Assembly (NCBI GenBank): GCA_047967505.1
Contig: CM106538.1
Reading direction: 5' to 3' (one strand)
DNA: 64,000 nt
DNA from: Dipteris shenzhenensis
Taxonomy: Eukaryota
A program made the translations under genes and the position numbers. How positions within the stretch are numbered: position 1 is the first letter of the stretch; every line of letters starts with the position of its first letter. The notes under the pieces are model-generated. The model was given only the letters and a program-made list of their open reading frames with translations, had not been told where the DNA came from and made no database searches. This document shows positions 12,701 to 25,879 of the stretch, one piece after another.

Positions 12701-15700
12701 TCTATCTTGCTAAAAATCACGGCTCCATGTAATGCATCTAGCAAATCATCAATCCGAGCCATCGGATACCTGTGCTTAACAGTGATATTATTCAATGCTC
12801 TGTAATCTATACAGAGGCGAAACGTATTATCCTTTTTCCTCTTTAATATCACTGGCGAAGCAAAAGGTGAGAAACTTGGTTGAATCTGCCCCAACTTGAG
12901 GTATTCTTCCAGTTGTCTACGCACCTCCGCTTCTTCAGCAAAACTCATTCTATAGGGAGGTCTATTTACAGGTTCTGCCCCCGGGATTAGTTCAATCTTA
13001 TGTTGAACTTTCCGCTCTGGAGGTAACCCATAAGGTAGTTCATCCCTAAAACATTCAGAGAACTCCTCTGTTATAAGATTAGCCAGCTTGGCCATCTCAC
13101 CACTTTGCGTAACATCAGTGCTAGCCGAAGACTCATCCACCGGCTCTACCGATGCTGTGCAAAGGAATAAAAACTCTACTTGAGCCTTTCTGATTTCCAT
13201 CACGGAAACCAACGGTCCCTGAGGTATGTCTTTTTCACCTCGCAAGACATAAAGCACATCATTCCTCTTGAATTGATATACGTGCTTTTTCCAATCAATG
13301 GCTGGATTCTTCCTAGAATGCCACGCCATACCCAGGGCTATATCTGCATGAGCAAGCTTGGTCATTTCAAAATCAAGCTTCTCAGCATAGTCCTGAATCC
13401 GAAGCTCCAACTGGGTAACCCTTTGGTCCCATACTTCAGTTGAACTTCCATCTGCCATCCTGACTGTATACGCATAGTCAGATGGACTTGTCTTTAATTT
13501 CAGCCTCTTCACGAGCTTGGAGTTAATCACATTGTGAGTTGACGCCGAGTCAAACAACACAATGACATCATGACTGGCCACTTGCCCTTTCATTTTAATT
13601 AACTCCGTATCATTAAAGGCCGTATACCCCGTTGCTGCGGGCTTAGATAGGATATTATCAGGTGCACTCGTCACTAACTTAGCAACAGATACACATAACA
13701 AACAAGGTACTAACCTCTGAGAAGGTCCCGCCAGTTGCATTTGCATATGTTCCACATTGGGACTCTCCTGCATCTCTACGTCGCATTCAGATATTATCAT
13801 ATTAGCCGTGCGACGGTCTTTATTCAGTGGACAATCCTTCCACTGATGTCGCTGAAGGCAGCCGAAGCACAATCCTTCTTTCCTAGCTTTGTCTTTTTGT
13901 TCAGGGGTCAACGAGGACTTTGACCAAGCCCGGGCTGCCATTGGAGTTATTTTCCTTTTCACCCCAACGGTGGTACTTGTCTTTACTGGTCCCTCAACCG
14001 GCTTCACCTGCTTGGTTTGGCCACTTGGCTGCGAGACACTTGTCTTTGAAATCCATTTCCTCTGAAATCCCCCTTTTCTCGAGTACTCATACTGAGTCCC
14101 TGCCTGCACAAATCCACCAGATCTGCCTCTGGCATCCTCATAGTTCAGGGCTACTACGATAGATTCATCTAATGTAGTCACATATTTAGCCCGAACTTCC
14201 ATTTTGATTTTGTCGTTCAGTCCATAGATATAGTCTTTTAACTGAACCGACATAGGGAGAGGGTTTGTTATTTTCATGACACATTCTCTCAATTTGTCAG
14301 TGTACTCTGCCACTGACAGACTCCTCTGACGAAGATTTCTATAAGCATCCCAAGCTCGGGATTCTTCATCAGGTAGGAGAAAGTGTTTCTTGAATTCAGC
14401 TTTAAACCCTTCCCAGGTGGTTGGAGCAACTTGATCCTTCTGTTGCTTTATCCACCATCTGTCCGCTGCCTCAATAAACAGGTGTGTGGCCTCGCGGATT
14501 TTCTTTAGATCGGATCTAATCTCACAAATGGCGAAGGCTTCTTCCCACTTGTGTAACCAAACCTCGATCACATCAGAGCTGCGCTCGGTCATCCGACCAG
14601 CGTACTTCTCTGGTCTATAATTAGCGATATTAGGCACTTTGACCCTTGCGCGCTCTAGGGAATGTACACTGGGCTCTGGCTCAGCTGGAGCTTTGCCCTT
14701 ATCAATTCTAGACGGCCTAGCCGACAAGGCTTGCACCATCTCCCTGATCTCATTTTGACCAGCATTCACTTGAAGCTGCTGGTTCATAATCTGCTGTAAA
14801 GCATCCTCTAATATCGAAATCCTACCAATCAAAGTAGATGCTGCCTGATGTGACATCTGTTGTGTAGACTGTACTCTAGACTCACTAGGATTCACTCTTG
14901 AATTCTGCCCTTCTGCTTCCATAGGTTCACAGTGGAAGATGGGGTTTTTTTTTTTTTTTAATAAATAACCCAAATAACCAATATATACACCCTTCACTTC
15001 TGTTCCGTTTTCCTGTTTTTTTTCCTCTTCTACAGTGCAGAAATCACAGGACCATATGAAAAAACCAAAAAAAAAAACTGCACGGAAAGAAAGAGCTCCC
15101 TGATCTTTGCAACGATGCCAGCTACTCTTTCCCAGACGTACAATTTCCCTTCCAATTAGACTGTGCAAAGGTCTTAGAATGCCTCGCAACCAATGCTTCT
15201 GTAGAACAGCGAGCAAGATGAAACCAAATATGCCGCTGTTGATCGACGTGACGCCTTCACGTTACGTGAACTACCATCTTCCAAAAGGTATCGACGACCG
15301 CTCGAATTCGACAGCTTCGTTTACCCGTCACCTGCGACTAGTTTTCTTCTTACGCTAACAGCCTTCGTAGGCCACGGTGGCCATTCTCTCATTCAGAACG
15401 CCAACTTTCCGTCGATCTCCTCGTAGCCTCCCGTCACCTTCCGAGAACCTTACGCTCCATCGCTTCATCTCTTCACGAATCCCCCTTCCATCCTCTAGCC
15501 TTGCTCTGATACCAAAATGTCAACAATTTTATCTATCCACGATTCTGTCTGTAGCCTGAATCTCTGCTCGTCGTTGAAGCAATCACGGGCGATGGCTATC
15601 TGTTATACCACCCAGCCTTTTCTCTTGGGATAGTAAATCATCAGATCCATACGTTATTTTATTCATACCTATCCATGAGACCCTCAAATCCCTAGATAGT

Positions 15701-15994
15701 TCTCCTTGCCAAATGTCATCAATTTAGCCTCTCCACTTGGTGCACCTTTTTTACCCCTCTCTTGGGGCACATTAAAAACCACTTGCCCCTTGGCATTATT
15801 GCACATTTAGGTGCACCTAGGCCTTAGCACTCAGAACTATCTAGTCAATGCCATTCCGCCCTCACCTAGGACCTTGGCAGTTACTTCTCTTGACCATTTC
15901 AATTACGCACATTAACTATTACAAAAGTTGGTCATCTAAGAGAAAATGCCCATCGATCTATCCGAGGTCATGCTATCCCGGCTAGAGCATAACA
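9736..15994 (-). mobile_element. Complete Ty3/gypsy chromovirus LTR retrotransposon (Reina/Tekay-like), frameshifted
   Basis: TG..CA LTRs at 9736-10210 and 15518-15994 (about 6 substitutions plus a few 1-nt indels). iMet PBS 15503-15514, PPT 10211-10225, C-rich TSD tcccc(c). Domain order gag-PR-RT-RH-IN-chromodomain. Confidence 0.97.
10224..14922 (-). pseudogene. Chromovirus gag-pol polyprotein, disrupted
   Basis: [13 protein letters not shown] knuckle, LFDSAST protease, FIDD RT, ELELYAV RNase H, GHPG/SDRD/TDGQTER integrase, LVAWHGQPLSEATWE chromodomain. TAG at 12634 and several frameshifts. Confidence 0.93.
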
Positions 15995-16141
15995 TCCCCC
16001 CAAACCCCTTGGGTACATGACCCTACACTTACTCATTTAATTGCATATCTCGGGTTACGGTGACCCGATTGACATGAAACAAACCCCATCCATAGTTTTT
16101 TCCATACGTTACCATACGCATAAGGCATACAGCTACGGAAG

Positions 16142-16480
16142 TGTTATGCTCTAGCCGAAATAGCATGACCTCGGAAAGATCGGTGGGCATTTTCTCTTAG
16201 ATGACCGACTTTTGTAATATTTAATGTGCGTAAATAAAATGGTCAAGAGAAGTAACTGCCAAGGTCCTAGGTGAGGGTGAAATGGCATTGACTAGGTGGT
16301 TCTGAGTACTAAGGCCTAGGTGCACCTAAATATGTAATAATGCCAAGGGGCAAATGGTTTAATTGTGCCCCAAGAGAGGGGTAAAAGGTGTACCAAGTAA
16401 AAAGGGCTAAAATGATGACATGTGGCAAAGGAAACCATCTAGGGAGTTGTGGGTCTTGTGGATAGGCATGAGGAAAATAC
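16142..16480 (+). repeat. Partial, diverged copy of the chromovirus LTR in inverted orientation
   Basis: Begins tgttatgctctagccg, the reverse complement of the LTR end cggctagagcataaca, and stays homologous for about 340 bp. Confidence 0.9.
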
Positions 16481-17527
16481 CAATACCTCCTCTTCCTGTG
16501 CTTCATTGAAAAGCTCCGTCAAAATACAAAGCATACTGTGGCTTCATCAGCCCTTGACCTTGTTGCATATACTAAGGTATAGCCTGCTCTTTCACTTCCT
16601 TTCTACCTTGATTTTCCACTTCCTCTGCCACCTCCCTTTTGTGAGTAAATCTGCAAGTGTAGCACGGGTAGAATGCTCTGTTGGTAAATTGAAATCCCTG
16701 CAACTCAGCCAGCCACTCCATAAACTTCCAAGAGGGATTGGGCTTCTTCGCAAAATAGGGCATGATCACTGAGTCTGCCAAAAAGACAACAGGCTTGGGC
16801 AGCAAATACGACCTGAACTTGCGTACTGCATACATCATTGCCAGCCCTTGTTTTTCTATCTCAGTATACCTCCCCTCTGCATCCATTAGTGGCTCGCATA
16901 GTAAATGGGCTGCATATAACCCTTCTCCCCTTTCTGTAATAGTATAGCAGCCACTGCATTCTCCGTTACATTCATACTTACGAAGAAATCCTTTTCCCAA
17001 TTAGGAGGCATAAGAACTGGGCCATTTTGTAGCATTTTCTTAACCCCCTCAAATGCCTTTTGGGCCTTATCTGTCCTCTGAAATTCAGTCTTCTTTTTGG
17101 CCAGCTAATGCAAAGGATACAGCTCTTATGCCAATTCCCATAGAAACCTTCCATAGTAGGTAACTTTCTGGACAGATAAAGGTCTTTAATTTCCACCCTG
17201 TCTTTGTCACCGGCATATCCTCTATGGTAGCAACCTTTTCGGGATCCATCTCTCAATCCTTCCTAGGAAACCACATGAAAAAGCAACTTCACCTTATCCT
17301 CTGCAATATGACACTTCAAAGGTTTCAAGTTGCCTTGGGCATCATCTATTCATTGCAGTGCCAACCGGGTCTTTTCCAAATAATCTATCTAAGAGCTGTA
17401 GATACAAAAATTATCTATGAAGACTCAAATGAATTTACCCAAATATGGCTCAAACACCTCATTCATAAACTTTTGAAAAGTAGCCGGTGCATCCACCAAA
17501 CCAGTATTATGACCTGGTATGCATAGA

Positions 17528-18455
17528 GTTTCTAGTTTTCAACCTTATGAGTGACTATCATGAGATCGAAACTGCACTATGTTGTGCTTTTAGAGGATGA
17601 GTTTGGGAATGTTCCTGGATTCATCTAGGTATATGCTTCTTCCGTATTAGCGGGACATGACCTTGTGAAGTTTTTGTCTGTGTTGCAGCCTGTTGGTATT
17701 GCGATAATTCTTGCTATCTTAAATGGTGCGTTGCCCTATCAACTAGGCTTAGATGCTCCTTTGGGAGAGACTAAAACGAAATTGTTTAGACTTCACAAGA
17801 AGTTGTAACTTGAATGAAGAGATTTTGGACTACTTTTTGATTAGCCGTCTCCTTTAGTGCTAGCCTTCATCATGGTTGACTTTGCCCTTCATCTCCGGAG
17901 TGCCGATAGAAACTCAGTTTGAAGACTTTGTATAAATGGATGCTCAAGTATGTGTGGGTGTGTGGATTTGTATGTGTGAGAGCATTATTTTATACGATGG
18001 TCTACACCCATTGTTGGATGCTGATGACGTCAGTCGGGATGTCATAGTAGCTAGTCCCTGCTATGCGTGTTGGAGTTAGAGGTTTTCAACCTTATGAGTG
18101 ACTATCATGAGATTGAAGTGTTTTTTTTTTTTCCCAAGAAAGAGACTTCTATTAAGTAAGAGAAAAAACTCGCGAGAGCAAGCTCAAAGCGGTACATCAT
18201 GAAATCAATCATGAGGTTAAATAAACCCCCTCAAAGTGAGATGGAAAACAACCAAGGCCGAGGCTGAAAGTGCCACCTCAACCCTGTAGGAGTCTCAGAG
18301 AAGAAAGGAGAATCCCTCCATTCCCTAAAGAAAGAAGCCCTCCTAGCCAAGGCTGCACGGGAGTCTCCCTGCATACTCGTCCATACTATGTTGTGTTTTA
18401 AGAGGAGTTTGAGAATGTTCCTAGATTCATCTATGTATATGATCTTCCTCTACAA
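17528..18455. repeat. Insertion into the Tat-like RT, bounded by two copies of a ~110-bp repeat related (inverted) to 39143-39240
   Basis: gttttcaaccttatgagtgactatcatgagat… occurs at about 17537 and 18082; RT coding resumes on both sides. Confidence 0.65.
18121..18383 (-). mobile_element. LINE family B 3' end with poly(A)
   Basis: T12 at 18121-18132; encodes …GLRWHFQPRPWLF; interrupts the second copy of the 110-bp repeat. Confidence 0.8.
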
Positions 18456-21400
18456 TCCCAATCTGAAAATATCCAGAATAACCATCATACACCATGTATC
18501 TTCATGGCCTACCACTTGATCCTACCACTTGATCTAGTATCTCGTCGTGAAAGGGGAGAAATGACAATCCCTTTTTGTGCATGCATTTAAAGGACACACA
18601 TCTACACAAATTCACCACTTTCCCCCTTCTTTGGTGTGACAACAACAGCCGACGCCTATTCTGTATTCTCCACAGGAAAAATAAAACCAGCAATGAGTAA
18701 CCTCTGAATCTCTAGCTTCAAAGCATCTGCCTGAATCACACCCAACCTCCTGAGCTTTTGCACTACTAGTTTAGCATCAGGCTTCAATTTAATCTCAAGC
18801 TGCACCATACGCATTTGCTAGTAATTAGTAACAAAGAGCTGTGGGAAACCATCCAACGTATCCAAGTATGCCTCCTTCCCCGAGCTCTCCAACTGTGGGT
18901 TTAGCATCCATGCATTTGCTGCCCTCTTTTAAGATCTGTTAGTAACATCTTCCTCATGTGAGGCTTAATTGCACCCAAAGTTATGCCAACTACTTCCACA
19001 GTTAAGGCCTCTCGCTCCTCAGAAGTTGTTTCCTCTGTATTTGAATCATATTCGTCATAGCCTGTGTATGAAGACTCTTTTGATTCCCCATCCTTTATCA
19101 CCTCTTTCTTCCCATTCTTTAAGCTGCAATTCACTTTCTTTGTGTCATCATGAAAGATTAGCTCCCCTGTAGCCCACTTCTGCACTGCTCCCACTTCGCG
19201 CAGCCACAGTCTTTCCTATATAATTGGGTAAGCATGTTTATCTGGCTTTGTTGGGAGTATATGGAAGCTACATAAGGGTGCAACATCACATACATCCACC
19301 CGAACCGCTGTATCAGCACCAGAATAGTTAGCCGTGGAGTTGTCTGTCAATTTTATCTTATATAGAGAAGGAGCATTGCTCTTCAAACCCACTTCTTGCA
19401 TGGTCTGTTTATTAATAACATTGATGGCTGCCCCACAATCAATAAACACTTTTTTAATAGGTATGCTATTTATAGAGGCTGTCACCACAGGGATCTGGTC
19501 ACTCAAATCAATGCTTACAAGTTACATCCTCGCTATCCGCTGTTCCTTTCTTCCTCCTCGATTTATGTGAGCTGGCTTCCCTTACAAATTGCTGTCTCAA
19601 AGCAGGGCTGAGTGCAAGTAGCTGAGGAATGGCCATAGTTGCCTTTTCTCCATGCAAGTTAGTGATGAGATCATAATCTTGCACTCCTTGACCCAACAGG
19701 AAATATGCCAACCCAATTCTCTGCCTGGAAGACTGCTTCTTCTTTCTCCTTCTTTCATACACCCTTCCCCCATGTCCCTCATCAGTGCCACTACTCATCT
19801 CATCCCCATGACCTCGCTTTCCTACAAACACCTCTAACTCATGAATTCCCTTTTTAGCAGTTTCCTGCTCTGCATCCAACAAAGAGACAGGTTTGTCACC
19901 TTCCCTATTTCCTACCAAACGAGGGCAATCGTACTTACTTCACATGTCCTTTTTTATGACATTCAAAGCTGCCATGGTCACATGGTTTCTCAACTCCATC
20001 CTGGGCACATTAGCTGGTGTGGCTTGCACCAAGTGTAACTTCAATTCATTGAACTCAGCCATCATTCTCTCTAAATTCTTCTCCAACTTGTTGGCACTAG
20101 TGGATGGCATAGCAGCTGTATTATCCACTACAGAAGATGAATCCACTCCTACTGAAGTCAACGGTATAGGTATAATTGGCTCTGCTTCCAACTTCTTATT
20201 CTTCTCTTTGGCTAGAGCCACCTGTAGAGCACCAGCATAATTTTGACGATCCTTCCCTTGAGGATCCTTCCCTTGAACCTTCTTTGGCCAGAGCCACGTG
20301 GACATAGCTTTACTCCCCAATCATTCTTTACTCCTTCTGGAACTGTCCTATTCCAGGCTAGTGCCATCCCTTCCAAACAAGAAGCCAGAAAGGAATTGAG
20401 CCCACGAAGCTTCTGGCCAACCAGAGATACAACTGGCTCTTACAAAATTCCTTAGATAAGCCTCAACATCCTCTCCTTTGTACGGTAGATGGAATTGCAA
20501 CCTCAGCTAATGAATCTCCGTCAACCCATGAGCTCCAATGCCTAGTCAAACCACCGTACGGATAATAGCAAGATACGACATCTAGCCCATGTGCTCTCTG
20601 TCTATCAAACGGAATTTGCCAGCAATCCACGAGCACCAACGCCTACTCCCAACCTTTGCTCCTGGCCAAAGCGTTGTACGGACAACCCATGCTCCAAAAC
20701 AACTATCACGATGACCAGCCCAAGAGTCCCGTACGAACAGAGTTCCCACCAACTCCTAGCTCACAACAGCCCGTGTTTCTGGAGGTATACCTCTCCCTCT
20801 GTGACTAACTCGATTACCCGCCCAAAAAACTTCCTCTCCCACCTTGACCTCAAGCCTACCCGGCGTCCCCACCAAAATGAAGGCTCATTAATTTATTCGT
20901 GTACTATGCGTGCTTTGTGCTCACGATGCAAGCAAGGGTGTAGGAGGGAGAAAGCCATATCTAGAACAAATGGCAAACTTTTTTATTCATCCCTCGAAGT
21001 GTACTAGATCTCGTACTTACAAAGTTACATGTATGGAAAGCCATCATCTCCAACCATCTAGACACTTCTCATATTCCTATTTACACCGAGTCTCACACTC
21101 GTTAATCAAATCACTCCCCCACCCCCCCCAAAATGGATACGTGATACCTACATTAACTCTTTTAATTGCATATATTGGGTTACGGTGACCCGATTGACAT
21201 GAAACAGACCCCATCTAAAAGCCCTTTCAACACCCCACCTCCCTCTGTAATCCATAGCGGAGGTGGATTTACAATACAACCCAACACAGCCTTCTATACA
21301 ATGTCACTATAACCTGCTAAGGACCTCTAAAGCAACAAAATAAATTTTCAGATAAAACCAGGTTCCCAGCCCTTGTGGCACTCCGCTTCCCGCGTTAAAA

Positions 21401-22248
21401 TTGCCTTAAGTCTACAATAGACTCAAGAAGCTACAGCAGTGGCTTAAGCCAAAATAGTCTACACGAGACTCAAGAAGCTACAGCAATATCTTAAGCCCCA
21501 AACTGCCCTGCAAAAGAACCTACAAAACTCTGAATTGGAATTGCTTGCAAAAGTCAACTTGTCTATTTGGAAAAAGAGAATTTGAGGGAAAAGCTCCAAA
21601 TTTTACGGATAAATATACCTGCAATTGACAAAGCCCCAAATTTTACGGTCTACAAATCTATTAGATATCTATAAATGCCCTAAAATCTACAATGCAAATA
21701 ATGTAAAATACTGCAAACACCCCAATGTGTCGACCAAGTATGCTTGCAAATACAAAAGCAGACAACAGCCATGTATAGCAAATGGACTAAGGGCTAGAGT
21801 GTGCGACAAATTCATATGTCGGAAAATATACGGAAGAGCTACGTGACCGTGGCTGTATGAATAGACTACGTCCAAAACCGTACAGCTGTACAAGCAAGCC
21901 GTGTGATGGCTGTACAGGCAACCTACCTCGTGCAAAACCATATGGCTCTACAAACAAGCTGTGCGATGGCTGTACTCGCGACCTACTTTGTCACCATACC
22001 TTGTGCGGTGCAGTTAGTGCACGAGTCGCGTTGACGAACGGAGCTACAGTGGTGAGCAGCTCTCAGACAATGAACAGTAGGCACATGTACTACAATGGAT
22101 GGTGGCAGCTCCTTGAGCAGGTGCAGGGATCGTGAGGACGAACGGAGTTACGATGAGCAGCTCTCAAAGAAAGAACAAGTGATGCACTATATAGAGATGA
22201 ACAGCAGCAACGGCTCGTTTATGTATTTTGACCTGAACCTAGACGAAT

Positions 22249-23260
22249 GGTTGTATCAACCGGGGAAAATCTTTTGGCGAGCTTTTTAATGTGAGCTTTT
22301 TTACCATTTCCTTTTTTTTTGTGAGCTTTTTTTAGAAATCCATACGTGTTTTTGTTATAAGAAAGATGGGGAGGTTAGAAAGAGGGGGAGAGGATATAGG
22401 ATATGTTCATTTTCATAGCATGTGGGAGGGGTGGAAGAGTGTATACTATGCACAAGGGGGGGGGCGGATGTGAGTGGCAGTAGGAGGCAAAAAATTATGG
22501 AAGATATGTCCATATTCAAAGTAGAAGGGAGGAACTATGGGAGATATGTTCATTTTAAATGTGTATAATTTGAAACTTTTGACCTCATATTTGGATTCCT
22601 CGTCGAATTCCGGTCATTTTGAGTACCAACATGACCATATTCCGATAAAAATTGAAAAAATGGTGTTTTTGTCATTTTGGCCTGTTTTGGGCCTATTTTG
22701 AGTCTGAATTCATGACAAAAACACCATTTTTAAAAATTTTATGGGAATATGGTCATGTTGGTACTCAAAATGACCAGAATTCGACGAGGAATCCAAATAT
22801 GAGGTCAAACTTGTCAAATTATACACTTTGAAAATGAAAAAATTTCCCACATGCTCTCCCTTCCCCTTTGCATTTAGTAGATGAACATAACTTTCACATT
22901 CCTCATCCTCTCTCTCCTCCTTGCACTCCTCTTTGTATACCTTATAAGTTCCCCCTCTACGTTCTCCACTATGATAACGAATATATGTTCCAACTCCCCT
23001 CCCCTCCCTTCTCCATGCCACCTTACCCATGTGCCCGTCCCTCCCCCTTTCCTTTATCTCCCGTCCCCCCCCTCTCTCCTCTTAACTTCAACAACAACCC
23101 AAACTTTCAACCCACCCCACCCCATGAACCCCCACACCCCCTCTCTCTCTCTCAGGTGAATGAAAAGCTCGCAATATTCATGAAATTTGAAAAAAAGCTC
23201 ATGACAAAAAGCTCACCAAAAAATCACACCCGTATCAACCAAAAGCCACTCCCACCCTTA
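22249..23260. mobile_element. ~1-kb foldback/palindromic element (MITE- or MULE-derivative-like)
   Basis: Strong inner inverted repeat about 22547-22675 / 22712-22838; outer arms carry gagctttt repeats mirrored by aaaagctc repeats. Confidence 0.7.
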
Positions 23261-23410
23261 CTTCATCATGGATCGCAAGCTGGCTCTCGTCTTCATTCGT
23301 CAAGCGTTTTTCCTCTGAAAGAAAGATGCTTTGCTGGAGAACCTTCTCTTGAATGCTTTGCTAGAGGAACTTCTCCTGATAAGGCTAGCTTGAGCTAGTA
23401 GAGGAGTAGG

Positions 23411-23673
23411 GCTCTGATTCCAAGTGTTGGTAATGGGAGTGAGAGGAAAATGTGGAGAAGTAATATATCTTCTACAAAGGAAGTTAACCCCAATACTAAC
23501 CCTAGGGGAAAAAGCCTCCTAACTCGAGTGAAAAATGCCCCAAGGGTGTGTTCACACCACACTACTCATAATCTAACATCACAAACATGGACTGGCCATG
23601 CTAAGATCCTAGAAAAGTGAGAACTACAACGGACAACTAAACTTCATGCTCAGGTACATGATATTCAATAACA
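23411..23673 (-). repeat. Orphan LTR with iMet-like PBS
   Basis: gctctgattcca (1 mismatch to the iMet PBS) followed by tgttg…aataaca. Confidence 0.5.
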
Positions 23674-24326
23674 GAGGCAAACACTCTTGCTTTTTGACCA
23701 CTTGAAATCAAGATTTTGAGATTGGTCTATACTCTACAAAAGCTCTTAGAAAGAAATGTTGACAAATATAGGACAGCTTCTACTAATTTAAGACTTAACT
23801 TCTAGCTCCCAAAACATGCTTTATAATATTGTCTCCTCCTTGGAATCATGGTAAATAAAAGATTCCTAGAATTCAAGAACCTGAATAAGTTCAGGAAAAA
23901 ATTATAATCCATAGGCTCACAATATAAGTCTCATGTTTAACAAAGCGCCATCTTACACTCAACAGTAAAAACTCTCTTAGTAAAGCTGTGTATAATCTAT
24001 ATGCAAACTTCTACTGTCATTTAGTAGCTACTACCTTCAGCCCAAAAATAATACTTACTACGCTCCCCTAGTTAAAGAAAGTGGGCTTTTTTATGTCCCA
24101 TTTTTTTCCTTCCTTTTTTATGTATATGTGCAAGCCCGCACTGACACAACAGGAAATCACCTGTTTCGTGAACACATGATAAAATAAGAAGCTTTTAGCT
24201 TTCAAAAGGAAAGGCTGATACAAGAATCAAGTGTTATGTCAATAGATGGCACATGAAAAGATCAGAGAAGAACTCACAGCAAGAAGTCGCCAAGCAGGAG
24301 CGCACCAGCTTAAAACCAGTGGAGAC

Positions 24327-24447
24327 CTGATCTGTTGTAAGTTTGAGATATCTTCCTTTAAGGGTCCTTATCAACTTGTCTGCCACTTGCTTCACATCAA
24401 GACTTCGAAGACAGAACAGAAAAGGTTTGGCAAAAATTAGGAATTCT
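24327..24447 (-). CDS. Host gene exon: (R)EFLIFAKPF...LKGRYLKLTTDQ
   Basis: ttggacag|A acceptor completes the AGA codon; CAG|gtctcc donor (alternative donor CTG|gtgcgc at 24306). LKGRYLKLTTDQ is PUF-like. Confidence 0.75.
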
Positions 24448-25494
24448 CTGTCCAAGTACCACTTGATGCTTTACCCATGCATGCTAATACATAGCTGAGG
24501 AGACTAACTTGGAATCTCAAAAACATTGCTGATAGTGCCTACTAGCGAAACCGTTTCTCATAGTGATTCTTCCAGAAAAGTGAGTTCTTCAAGCAAAAAA
24601 TTATGCTACAATAGCATCTTACAATTGCAAGGGGTGCGTCAATTTTACGAGCAAAAACCTATGAGCAAGTTTATCCGAGCGTGTTTTTTAAGAGATTTAA
24701 AAAATTATGTTTCTTTAGGAAACATGGTTTTTACACTTTTATTTTTAGATAAAAATATACATTATTATCACTCATTCAATTTTACATAGCATAAATATCT
24801 TCTTCATAGACATCCTTTGTACCCCTGTTATTACCTTTAAAAAGTGATTCCTGTAAGAAACATCCCTCATAATCACTCTCAATGTAATAATATTATACAT
24901 ATATAATTAATATCAATGTTTCTTTGGATGAACCCTTTCATGAGGCTAGGTTGAGAGAGGGCTTTCAATGTCACCCCCTATTAAGTTAAAGTTGTAAGAA
25001 GAATCATAAGGGAATTTTCATAGAGAAGTCTACGCTACATGTGGGTTTCTTCAAAAGCCATTCCATTATTCTACTCACCATTCCCAAAGATTCATGTAAA
25101 GATTTGAGTATAAAATAAGCATTGCTAAAATACTTGGCAAATTTCTTAGTGAAACTATGTTATCTTCTTATCTATTTTTGCCATATTTTTACATAGTTGG
25201 AAGCTTTTTTTTTCCTTCACTCGGATGCTTGAAAGATTTTGCTCAGAAAATGCTCGTCCCCCAATTGCATGCATTTCTATGATGAAGTTAGGACCTAAAC
25301 TGTTCTGCAGTAATGGCATGTTCCCCATTGGGAGTCTATAAAAGGAGACCAAACATAATTCAAAATCTCATTGACACAGAAATTTACTTTTAAATATCAT
25401 TATATTCTCAAATAAGGCATCTGTTGGTGCTCCACGAGATAGATCATCAATGAAAAATGTCATTCTATAATTCTGTGCAGAGAATTCCAAACAA

Positions 25495-25725
25495 AATGTG
25501 CAGACCAAGTATAGGACTGAAATCAATGGCCTAGAAAACTACATTACAAAAGTTTCTTGTTCATTTATGTGTGTGCGTATAAGCATTTTCTGAGAGCCCA
25601 GTTAGACAACATGTGCAAACCAAGTATAGGATTGAAATCAATGGCCTAGAAAACTAGGGTACAGATGTTTCTTGTTCACTTAGGTGTGTGCATATGAGCA
25701 TTTTTTGAGAGCCCAATTTGGAAAT
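25495..25725. repeat. Tandem duplication, ~116-bp unit x2
   Basis: accaagtatagga(c/t)tgaaatcaatggcctagaaaacta… repeated with divergence. Confidence 0.9.
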
Positions 25726-25879
25726 AGCACATTCCAAAGGAACACAGCCATAGTCCACATTTAAGGTTGCGGAGAGCTAGTAGAAATAAGCTTGCGGAGC
25801 TGGTCAAAGCACGAGTTGTGTTAAAGCAAACCTACAATAATTGTAGGCAGCCGGTCCTCCCTCACATACAACTGGTGGA

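Larger units (their letters stand above)
9438..16104 (-). repeat. Old LTR (9438-9735 plus 15995-~16104) split by the chromovirus insertion
   Basis: The two halves align colinearly with the LTR at 20878-21229. Confidence 0.75.
16520..21229 (-). mobile_element. Degenerate non-chromovirus Ty3/gypsy (Tat/Athila-like): 5' LTR 20878-21229, PBS, gag, protease, RT, RNase H remnants
   Basis: VFIDCGAAINVI protease; LPFHDEILD and DGYSGYFQI RT; YTEIEKQGLAMMYAVRKFRSYL RNase H. PBS TGGTGGGGACGCCGGG at about 20859-20874. LTR termini tgaaggc..gccctttca. Confidence 0.8.

Noticed and set aside
14923-15216. N-terminal extension of the 860-aa gag-pol ORF
   Set aside because: Starts at a non-ATG codon and runs through A/T homopolymers of the leader.
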